A stretch of DNA of 57,690 nucleotides, counting the filler, from Sphacelaria rigidula (Eukaryota), in the NCBI GenBank assembly GCA_964200075.2. It is 6 parts of 6 records of this genome, joined end to end, with 100 filler letters (N's around TTAATTAATTAA, not from the genome) between each part and the next. Parts side by side here need not be neighbours in the genome. Positions count along the whole stretch, not along the records: positions 1 to 9,533 come from CAXNAA020008279.1; positions 9,634 to 19,166 come from CAXNAA020008280.1; 4 more parts are not named here. One strand, 5' to 3'. Position numbers and translations under genes: made by a program. Within the stretch, counting starts at the first letter, position 1; each line of letters begins with the position of its first letter. Below are positions 1 through 9,674 of this stretch, one piece after another. A model generated the notes under the pieces. It did no database searches. It saw only the letters and a program-made list of their open reading frames with translations, and was not told the origin of the DNA.

Positions 1-61
1 CGTCACGAGTCGACTTATCATACTAAAACCAAGTAATTTCCAGACGACTCATTCTTTGTCC

Positions 62-308
62 GACCCTTGAAAACTTGCACACATTTACTATGGATGATAA
101 CATTTTTTTCCAAGATCCGGGTCTTTCGGTATTTTTATGATTCACCGGTAATTGGGGTTCTCAGGGTCCTCAGGACCCTGGAACCCCCGAAACAGGACCC
201 TCGAACCACGATAATCGGTAGAAACGAAACATCGAAAGACCCTGATCTCGGAAAGTTATTTAATGGCCTGTAGAATATTTCGAAGTATGTGTGCAAAGTT
301 TCAGGGTT
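62..308. repeat. Diverged foldback (MITE-like)
   Basis: gaaaacttgcacacat (~69) pairs with atgtgtgcaaagtttc (~288); ccaagatccgggtctttcg pairs with cgaaagaccctgatctcgg; core hairpin ggggttctcagggtcct/aggaccctggaacccc. Confidence 0.6.
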
Positions 309-314
309 CAATAA

Positions 315-590
315 GGCCGCTTCTCACGTGTAAAAACAATCTTTTTGAGAAGTGCTTTTTTGGCCCTCCTCCGTCGTTTTTCGCCCGAAACGAGGCGGGT
401 GAGGCGGATGTTGACACCTCGGAACGACTTGCTCTACTCGTTGAGACCGTTCAAGGGCACCTTCGCGTTCTCCGTAGGTCACAGTTTTGTTCTTGGTCAA
501 ACTTGCATTTTCAATAACAAACGGTCAAGTTATCAAAAGAATGGCAAGTCTTTTTACCTGATTTTCGATCACTTGACCATTTGTTATTGG
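315..590. mobile_element. Tourist-like MITE family A, truncated left arm
   Basis: TAA then GGCCGC terminus; shares gacttgctctactcg..gagaccgtt with 27327-27796. Confidence 0.6.
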
Positions 591-623
591 AAATACACTA
601 TTCAACGGCATTGATTAATCGTA

Positions 624-1632
624 AGCCGCTCCTTACAACATACCGAAGTAAAGATCTGGAAAAGCGCCTTTTTGGAGCTTCTACGACGTTTCATGCCCTA
701 AAAGAGAGCTACAGCAGTGGGCGGTCTAACTATTCAGGGGTGTTTTTGGACTTTCCTCGCGTTTTACTCTTCCATAGAAGTCGAAATCGCTAGCGTCGGT
801 AGATTTTGATACAATGAACAGATCATCCTCGAAACACGGTGCCCACTTCAGTGTTGGTTGGTGTCATCAGGCGATACAAGTAAATACCCCGTTTATCAGG
901 AGGGTGTTATTGACCGAACACACAGTTTTTCGGCTCTAGCGCAATAAGTAGGTAGAATTTCAAAAAAATAAAACTGTACATTTCTTCACAAATATGATCG
1001 GGGCAGGCGGAATCGACCGAAAATACCGAAGAGTGAAAATCTGGGCTGAAACGTGGCAGGACCCCCGATGACCGGTCAGCCCGTAAGTCACTCAACATTG
1101 AGTACAGATGATTTTTTTTTCTTGAAATACGAAGCGGATACAAACATCTTCAGATCTTCAATGTGATAAGCGGTGGCAAGCGAAAAGAGCACAAGAAAAT
1201 CGCCAGTCACGAAAAAATCACAAAATGCCACAAAATGAATAGTTAGACCGCCCACTACTGTAGGCGGAGATGGAGACTTTAGAATGACTTGCTCTACTAG
1301 TTGAGGGTATTCCGGGATATCTTCCCGTTTTCCGGTTGCCGCCCTTTTTATTTTGACCAAACGAAATTTTTTGTCCACGAACGTTCAAAAACAGTAAAAA
1401 ATCAAGAAGAAATCGCTATTTTTCTCTGGACTCGACCGTTCTTGGCCAAAAAAAAATGTTTGGCCAACATAGAGACTTCCACCACCGGAAAACGGGAAGA
1501 TGTCCTCGAACCCCCTCAATCAGTGGAGCAAGTCATTCCGAGGTGTCAAACTCCGCCTATCTCTCTTTTAGGAAGTAAAACGACGTAGAAGCTCCAAAAA
1601 GGTTTTTTTTTCGTCTGTTTTAAGGAGCGGCC
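624..1632. mobile_element. Tourist/PIF-Harbinger-like MITE family A interrupted by a mariner-type MITE
   Basis: Ends taa-gccgctcctta ... taaggagcggcc-tta; long inverted arms are restored when 712-1260 plus one TA is removed. Confidence 0.75.
712..1260. mobile_element. Tc1/mariner-type non-autonomous element
   Basis: 24-bp TIR cagcagtgggcggtctaactattc / gaatagttagaccgcccactactg (1 mismatch); TA at 710-711 and 1261-1262. Confidence 0.85.
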
Positions 1633-1635
1633 TTA

Positions 1636-1796
1636 AGCGGTTCCTTCCGGTTTGTATTTTATTTGGCTCGTATTTTCCACTTTTAGGACATTTGACAAGG
1701 TTATTAAACCCCATTTCCACTAGTTTAAAAACCTTGTCAAATGTCCTAAAAGTGGAAAATACGAGCCAAACAAAATACAAACCGGAAGGAACGGCC
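1636..1796. mobile_element. Near-perfect hairpin MITE (Tourist-like)
   Basis: ~70-bp arms gttccttccggtttgtattt...gacaaggtt / aaccttgtc...aaatacaaaccggaaggaac; right end GGCC-TTA. Confidence 0.75.
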
Positions 1797-2004
1797 TTAC
1801 ACATAGGAAGTGACCTAACTTAAAAAAAAACGGCTTCAATTGTTTCGTTTTTGTGACACAAAGTGAGCTTCGAAGTAAAACTTTCCTAGCTATTATATGC
1901 GCCTAATAACGAGTCAAGACACAGATGGTTAACCATGCATACTAGGCGGGAGAAAACGCCCCGGTAAGATCGGCTGGACATTATTTAAAGGGTCGGGCAA
2001 AAAA

Positions 2005-3750
2005 TAATGATTCGTCTGGAAATTACTTGGTTTTAGAATACTTGATTCGAATAGTGACGAATCAATCCCTAGGCTTTGTTTTCAGCGTTGCAACCCAGGT
2101 GCATATAATANNNNNNNNNNCTTGGACCAACGGTCAACTTTTTTCTCCCTTCAGGGCAATCAGGCCGAAGAAATCGTGGATTTGGTGATAAGTAGTCGTG
2201 ACGATTCGTCCTCACCGTGCATTATTTATAGGTTGCCCGGCAAGCTCAATGTAGGAACAGACGGTAATCGAATGGTCTCAGTTCCTACCTCTCATATATC
2301 AAAGCAGTGGCTGCCTCATATTCACGAGTGACAATCGCATAAAATTAGGGTCGAGACTTCAGCGTAGAAGCCGCTGCGGGGAACAGCCACCCCTGGTACG
2401 ACAGTAGTACTGGGCAGCTACAAACAACGTGTCCTGAGATTGAGAGTAGAGCGCGAATTGAGAGTGGCTTTGATCACTCGCTTTAACTTCGCCAATTTAT
2501 CATTCCCTGTGCGCTCTTCTTTGCCTTCATCACTGGCGTGTGCTTACAGCTACACGTCGATATCCTACTCAGTGATATCAAGCGCCTCAGTGGCAGTGAT
2601 ATCAAGCGCCTCAGTGGCAAGCTACTGATTTTATTTTATTTTATTGATTGTCGCACTTTAACTGACCCCCCAGGGGTTCAGCCGTCGTCTCATGATAGAC
2701 GTACGTAAGAAAAACGAAACTGAAACATGCTCTGAGAAAAAAAAAAAGGAACAGAAAAAAAAGGAGGGGTCGAACAGAACGGCATAGCAGACTAATACAG
2801 TTCCTCATGAGGCCTCATGGATGGGGCATTTCGGAAGTGAAACGGTTCATCCACTTATTGACCGCTTTTTAGTCTCCATCGTATCCTCTACTCTCAATCT
2901 CACGAAAACATTGCTTACAGCGATGCGGCTGGGCTATCGTCTGATGTCAAAAGTTCGACGGCAAGGATAGATGGTGACATCGTGGTTGACAACGGCCTTA
3001 CCGCGAATCCTTCTCTGAGCGTTCGGAGAAAAGTACCACAGTGGGGCGGTCTCACTTTTTTCACTTACAAAACTCTTGAACAAGATGAGCAGGTGTTTTT
3101 TTTTCAACACCATACATTCCTGGTCGACGAAGACCTTGACGCGAGTCCTCCTCCGAGCGTTCGGAGAAAACTACGAGAGCGGCACGTTCTTTCCTATTTT
3201 CTTGTCACAAAACTCTCCAACAAGATGAGCAGCTTTTTTTTTCAACACACCACGCAGTTCTGGTCGACAAAGGCCTTAACGCGAATCCTTCTCTAACCGT
3301 TCGGAGAAAACCACCGTGACAGCGGCACATTCTCCTCTTTTTTTCGGAGACAAAAATCTCTTGAACAATATAATAAACAGCAGTAATTTTTGTTTCAACA
3401 GCACACAGTAGTCCTGGTCGACAAGGGCCTTGGCGCCATTCCTTCTGCAACCACTCGAAGAATACTGTCACAGCAGTACGGTCCCAATTTTCTTTCATGA
3501 TAACTTTCACGCTTCGGACGAATCATCGCCGATTCGAATCACCAAATCCACGATTTTTCAGGCCTGATTCCTCGAAAGGGAGAAAAAAGTTGACCGCTGT
3601 TAAAAAAAAGCCTCCACGCAATTTTTGCGCCATTTCACGTGCCTGGGCTGGGCGTACCTGGGTTGCGACGCTGAAAACAAAGCCTGAGGATCGATTCATA
3701 CCGTGCGAATCAATTACTCTAAAATCAACCAATTCCCAGACGAATTATTA
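2005..3750. repeat. Long inverted arms enclosing a ~140-bp tandem array
   Basis: 2005-2211 is a diverged reverse complement of 3516-3750; tandem units starting tggtcgac at ~2983, 3121, 3261 and 3415. Confidence 0.6.
2628..2790 (-). mobile_element. LINE-type 3' tail, family T
   Basis: Minus strand reads gtacgtctatcatga..cggctgaacccctggggggtcagttaaagtgcgacaat plus an A-rich tail; matches copies at 5240, 20110 and 35126. Confidence 0.6.
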
Positions 3751-3967
3751 ATTCCCCTTGATGACTCTCAAACAAGATGGCCCGATTTTTCACTCTACAT
3801 GGGGCGTTTGGGTAGCTAGATTCTCCACCGTTGTGAAAAAAAATGTCCGGTGGGCGTCTACACGAGGATCTTGAGCAAGGCAACTTTGCAGCTATTGAAT
3901 CCACAAGGTGTCTATTTTATGACCGCGAGTCGTGGCGAATCAGTGAGTGGAGGGTTTCGGAAAATGA

Positions 3968-4131
3968 TTTTTTTGTCATTCCAGAGTGCAAATATCTCAG
4001 GATCAGAGTATAACGAAAAATCATTTCCCCCTCCGTCGAATGTGGTACCCTCTAAAAAAAATTCGGATGAGGTGCTTTTTCTTATTCAGCACACTGATCC
4101 TGACATATTTGGACCCTGAAATGACAAAAAA
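3968..4131. repeat. Small foldback
   Basis: ttttttgtcattccagagtgcaaatatctcaggatcag pairs with ctgatcctgacatatttggaccctgaaatgacaaaaaa. Confidence 0.55.
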
Positions 4132-5239
4132 GCGTTTCCCAAAACTTTCCGATGTGCGACAAACAACAGAGCAAATCAATCGAACACGAGGAGACGGGGA
4201 TTGCTGTTGCACATTTCATCCGTTGCTCCTCTAGCGGGCCAAGGACGTGAATACGGTAGGGCAACAATTGCCGATCATGGGCAGACAGAGAAGCAGCGGA
4301 GCCAGCGTGCAGCGGAGAACGATGAGACATTTTTTCGTACCGGTTTGCATGCACATATTGTTATCTTCATCCACGAAAAATACAACGAACCTTGTCCACG
4401 CAGCGCAGTACGGGACAGCACAGAACAGAACAGCTCATGCGTAAGGTGATATGCAGAGCAACAAAAGAAACATGCTTGAGGTGTGCTATCACACATGACT
4501 GCGGGGGTAAAGTACCGCGGCTGCTCGAGCCTTACCAAAACGGTAGAGTGGGCTACGTATATCGCAGGCAGCAGTACGTTGCCGTAGCAACCATACACCA
4601 ACTGCAATACATGGACCTAACGGAAGCGGAAAAGAGCAAAAATACAGACGTGATTATGGCTCAGTGATCAGCAGCCCCCGGACACTAACCTCTGTACCTA
4701 CTCTTAAAATACCCCTGCTCTTTAGGACCGACGGCCGGATGGGTAATGTGACTCGTGTCCAGGGTCGAGCTGCGAGCGCTAGAAGGATGGTCTACTCGAT
4801 GAGACTCCGATACCACCTGGGCAAGGAGGGAGAGTACCCTGTCTCGGTACCCACCCGTGCAACGAATCAGCGATCATGATGGGTTTGCTTGAAGGCAGAT
4901 CCTGAGAACACCGAGGAGTGGAGGGCAACCGCCTCGGCGGTCAAAAGCGCTGTATAAAACAAGAGATAGCGAAGTACACGGCAAGAGTTCCTGCCTGTCT
5001 CCTGTCTCCTGGGGACACAAATAATAAACGTCCCCTGTTCGTGTCCAAATAGTGCGGTCGTATGAGATGAGCCGCAATACTTTCCCACGGCTTTTTGTTT
5101 TCAATGACTGGATATGGATGCGGTTGTACGCAAGACCTCTTTCACCGGAGACATGTGGCAGAGACCGGTCATTTCCTTTTTTTTTCTAGGATACTCTGTC
5201 CTTTTCTGCTCTACCTTTCCTCTTTCTTTTTTCTTCGGC

Positions 5240-5342
5240 GAGTGTTTTAGATTTGTTTTGTCTCAGATACGTCCATCATGTGACCACGGGCTGGATCCCT
5301 GGGGGGGGGTCAGTTAAAGCGCGACAATATATATATATATAT
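5240..5342 (+). mobile_element. LINE-type 3' tail, family T
   Basis: tacgtccatcatgtgaccacgggctggatccctggggggggtcagttaaagcgcgacaat followed by (TA)n. Confidence 0.55.
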
Positions 5343-6105
5343 AATGCCAACAAAGGTGTAGCAACTTGGCTCCATCATTAACGCGGTCTCCAACAGTTCC
5401 ATCGCGAGGGGGTGGGGGGCGAGGTCTCGTGATCAACGGATTAACTGCAATCAGTGCGGTATCATGTGCAGTTTCGCGGTGAGTAAGAGGAGTAGCAGGT
5501 GGTCAATACAGCGCAGACAGGAACTCCTTTTGAAATATATGAAATGGTATGGAATGGTGAAAAAATGTCGCCACAGCGATTTAGTCCAACTGCACTCCAT
5601 CTCTTTAGAAAACACTATGCTGGAACGATTGACTATACCGTATAATAACCCCATTTCCCTGGGGGCTACGGGGGACATTACTGCCTATTTCGTCGGTTTA
5701 CCCACGAGGCTATCAGCTACTGCTTCGAGAGGAAGCTTTGTAATTAGCGACTTGACTGAACTAAGTAGTGTTCATCTATGCTACATGCAAGCCGTAGCGA
5801 AACGTGAATGACCACCCCGGTGGTTTATGTTGTTTTCCATTCCTTTGTTGTTCCGTCGTTTATTTGTTACAGTACCCCAATTTGGTCTGGTGAGTGTTTC
5901 CGTTTCATTTTCCTATGGGTCAACTAATGTTGTGACGACCACAGCTGGCTTCACAGCGAATCAATCGACGTGATCGAACCAGCTAGTCAATCAAATTAGA
6001 TCAAACCGACCGAATCAATCTAACCCTTCTCTATCTGTTGACTCTACTGCCACTTCCAACTTTGAGCTGAAATACACATATCATATCACATATCCATCTT
6101 GAGCC

Positions 6106-6458
6106 CGTCGCCCCGACGACTCAGTTGGTAACCTCGTGACCTTCTGACGATTGGGTCGTGGGTTCGAATCTCGGTGCACTTAACGATCTAGGAGTTTTTC
6201 TCACACCATGCCCGACAGTGGAGAGCGACTATGCCGTGGGCTTACAAAATTCAACTTCACCGTCGACGAGGGAAAGGGACTGCTTAACCCCTCTCGCGAT
6301 ATAAAATAAAGGCAAGCACTGCAGAAGGAAAGGGGGGTACTGAAACAAATAAAAAAGGAAAAACTCCTGTGTGACCCCGGCTGGTGCGCCCACACATACC
6401 GAAAGGTGTAGACTTGCGTGCAGAATAGACGAGATGACAACACACACACACACACACA
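6106..6458 (+). mobile_element. tRNA-derived SINE, copy 1
   Basis: A-box-like ctcagttggta, B-box ggttcgaatct, conserved body, (CA)n tail; homologous to five other copies. Confidence 0.85.
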
Positions 6459-6464
6459 TCTTAC

Positions 6465-6622
6465 TTGGCCGCCTGCTCGATCAGCTCCTTCGACGCTAAC
6501 TGAGTGTCGATGAAATTTTGGTCGGGTGGACCGAACCCCCACCACTTGCTGTTTCTCTCCTTCGTGTACTCCTCGTCGCCAGCAATCAGGAGAGACTCGT
6601 CGCCGAACCAAAATTCCATCAC
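6465..6622 (-). CDS. DUF924-like protein, internal exon
   Basis: cag|GTG...CAA|gtaag; VMEFWFGDESLLIAGDEEYTKERNSKWWGFGPPDQNFIDTQLASKELIEQAA resembles the DUF924 N-terminus (xxxFWFG...W...D). Confidence 0.6.
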
Positions 6623-7607
6623 CTGCGTTTGATCAACACCAAACGATTGACTGCTTGAACTAGACAAGAGGGAGAGAAGATACTTCGCTGTCGAAGTAAG
6701 GATACCAGACACACGGTTACACCGCACGGTACACATTAGGTGAACCGGGATTTCTGCTGCTGGATAAATGCCGTGGGTGCTGAGGTCAGCCAATCTGTGC
6801 AACCACGGCATTTCTTGCTCCACGGGTGGCGTTCTTCGTACAACATGCTGCGTGCATGCTCGACATCAGTTCCCTTTTTCGAACATACAGCACATCGACC
6901 TCAAAACAGCTGCAGCAAAATCCGGCTGTGCATCCGACACAGTACCTGTACCTCCGTACAGGCGGTGCCTCCGATGAAAGGCACAGCATCGTGCACTACA
7001 TTGCAACGTGCGATATCAGAACATATGACACTTACGATTCAAGCTCAACAAGCATCGCCAATAACTGTATGTCTCGGGGGCGCCGACTTGAGATAACGCA
7101 CAGGCCCTGATATAGGGAACATCGTTACCCGCATCCTCCCTTCCCCCACCCCCTACAGGCAATAATGGCATCGTGAACCTGGCTGTCACCTGTACTGCAT
7201 TTTTTTTTCGGTTACACTTTCAACCTTCCCTCTTCCTCAGGAGCAACCCGTGGTCTCAAGGGGGTCAACCCATCTCTCCCCGGCACATGCCTTGCATTTT
7301 GATCTCGCGGATTGGATCAGCACTCCCTGCACCGCGTCAACTCTCATCAAACAAACTATCGTCATTTTTTTTAAATCTACTCACATACGTTCTCACGCTT
7401 TCGTCGGCGAAAAATCAGATAATTTCAACAAAAACCCAAACGCCTCTGACTGGAGTCGAACCCGCGTTTTCTCCACCCTAATGGCGTCAGTTGCCCCATT
7501 TTAATTCAGAACACCGGGGCACGGTGGTCGGATGGTAATATGGTTTACCCGTGATATCTCCCTGCTCGGCCAACCCACACCCCGAACTGGGCAACCTGTC
7601 CGCTCAC

Positions 7608-7725
7608 ATCTTGTGCAGTCCTGAGGTGGTTGACCCCAGCCGACGAGGGACTCGATGGTTCTCCGCTTGTTGCCATGTCGCGCGTAGCACCGCTTGCGAG
7701 GGCAGAGGGAGACCACGTCGTCAAC
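7608..7725 (-). CDS. DUF924-like protein, upstream exon
   Basis: cccag|...CAAGAT|gtgagc; splices in phase 0 to give TAQD-VMEFWFG; alternative ATG start at 7676. Confidence 0.5.
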
Positions 7726-7979
7726 CTGGGAAGGCAGACGCATACATCCATTACCATAAGACTCGCATGTCGCTCTTCCGCAACAATATCACTACTATAG
7801 TTGCATTAGTCCGCGGTAAATTTTGGTCAGTCTAGCTTGCATGCTGGCGCTGTTGTGCTGCAACGAGCACCGACTGTGGATGAGTAAGAGCTAGCGCCAG
7901 GCGTGCTGAGCTTGTGCCGCGAATGTCTGTGCGTGTTTGCTTGGGCTATGTTGTGACGGTGTACCGTGGTCCAGTAATG

Positions 7980-8184
7980 CAAGGGCAGGTCGAGTAGAGT
8001 ATACTCAATTGCGAGGTATTTTGAAAGACGCACTTGATGTACTCAAATTAGGGTACAGTGTTAGGAGTCGTACCCAAAAAATAGCTGGAAAGCGATCCCT
8101 AAAACCCTACCCCCATTTTGTGTACTTCAAGTAGGACGTTTGAAATACCCCGCAATTGAGTACACTCTACTCGACCTGCCCTTG
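7980..8184. mobile_element. hAT-type MITE family H
   Basis: TIR caagggcaggtcgagtagagt...; perfect 8-bp TSD CAGTAATG at 7972-7979 and 8185-8192. Confidence 0.9.
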
Positions 8185-8629
8185 CAGTAATGTGTTCGAG
8201 TCACGCCTGTTGAATTTCCAGACCTGTCTCCGACTGCGTCCCGTGCGGAAAGAGTCACCGCCCTTCTCGAAAAGCCAGATTTGTGAGTCTTTGTTAGGAC
8301 CCCAGGTGGTTTTTGTGTGCCGGCAAACTGCTCAGCAATGTTCCTCTTCATGCTTCTTTTTTTGGTCTCCATAAGGCGTGGCCTCACGGCATCGTTTGCA
8401 CGTTGTGCACACCCTGGACAGAAAATTAGAGTGTCAAAAGTGTACTGCGTACAACACAAAATTTACACCTTTTGTTCTTCGTACAGTACGCAGTTCACTG
8501 TACAGTACGCAGTTCACTGCTTGACATACCCCAACCCTACATTTACTCATTATTATATAAGCCATACAAATCACACATATGTAATGGAACATGGTATCCA
8601 CATTGGGGACTCTGTGGTTTGTACGGATC

Positions 8630-8744
8630 CAAGGGCAGGTCGAGTAGAGTATTCTAAATTGCGGGGTATTTTGAAAGTCGTACTGAAGAGTACAGAAATT
8701 TTAGGTAGAGTTTTAGGGATCGCTTTATTTTTTGGGTACGACTC
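8630..8744. mobile_element. hAT MITE family H, truncated by the next element
   Basis: Left TIR caagggcaggtcgagtagagta; homology to the 43032 copy stops at gggtacgactcc. Confidence 0.75.
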
Positions 8745-9533
8745 CACAGGAACCGTAGGTAAGGTAGCGTACCGAGCTTACCCCCGGGGTATCCCGTACC
8801 GTGGTATGCGTGAGTATCGTAGGTATGAGTTTCGAAAATACCCGATTGAGCGGGTACGGTAGGTATTGAGATATAGAAATACCGTGATATCGTACGTATC
8901 GTAGGTATGAAATTTGAACACACCCGATATTTGGTCGGTATCGGTAGGGTATGAGATGTCCCAGAAACCAGTACCGGGTACCTGCCTTACCCTCTATACA
9001 GAGTGCAAAACTGTCATGCGGAGAAGCGTTCAGGGCGTGTCTCAGCACTTTTTTCTTTAATCGGAAAAATGGGGCGGTGGAATAGATTTGAGCGAAAATC
9101 GCTCATTCTGCTAGAGTTGGGTCCAAGCGAATTTCAAGCTTTCGATCGAAAAAAAAGAGGAATTAGCGAAACGGTACATGATCACTCGTGTACAGTACAG
9201 ACACTCTGTAGTGACTGCACTGCTTGCAAGCAGTGTCTTGAGTGTGTGTGTGTGTGTGTGTGCGTGTTTTGTACAGTAGGATTTGGAAGAGAAGCGGGCA
9301 ACGTGCAGTGCAGACGGCTCAACGTGTAGTGCAGACGGCCCAGGAGTATCAGTTCTCTCTGCTTACAATGCGACGTGAAAAGGACTTCAACAACCAGCAG
9401 CTTTGTACTGCCTGCACTGTCCATGAGCGTGTACGCAACTCGGTTGCCCACCGTACCCCGCAGTTCCGTCGCTGATCATACCATGAAAGAAGATCCACAA
9501 GTTTACAACAACAAAAAATAAAGAAAGGATCCC
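8745..9533 (-). mobile_element. Satellite-carrying dispersed element family S
   Basis: Reverse-complement homologue of 42995-44109; CCTACGATA-rich module at 8745-8997. Confidence 0.75.
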
Positions 9534-9633
9534 NNNNNNNNNNNNNNNNNNNNNNNNNNNNNNNNNNNNNNNNNNNNTTAATTAATTAANNNNNNNNNNN
9601 NNNNNNNNNNNNNNNNNNNNNNNNNNNNNNNNN
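9534..9633. other. Artificial scaffold spacer
   Basis: 44 N + TTAATTAATTAA + 44 N. Confidence 0.97.
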
Positions 9634-9674
9634 CTACTGACAAGTCAGCGCTGACTTGTCAGTAGTCTAGTTGG

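Noticed and set aside
2983..3480. Repeat-spacer array
   Set aside because: The intervening segments are also homologous; it is a diverged tandem repeat.
6106..6180. tRNA gene
   Set aside because: A and B boxes are present, but I see no clean cloverleaf and it is always fused to the same 280-bp body, so it is a SINE head.
7445..7500. Minus-strand tRNA-like sequence (gggttcgactcca)
   Set aside because: Only a B-box; no A-box or stems.
9634..9665. Perfect 32-bp palindrome ctactgacaagtcagcgctgacttgtcagtag
   Set aside because: It sits exactly at a scaffold start and may be an artefact; no context to support a function.
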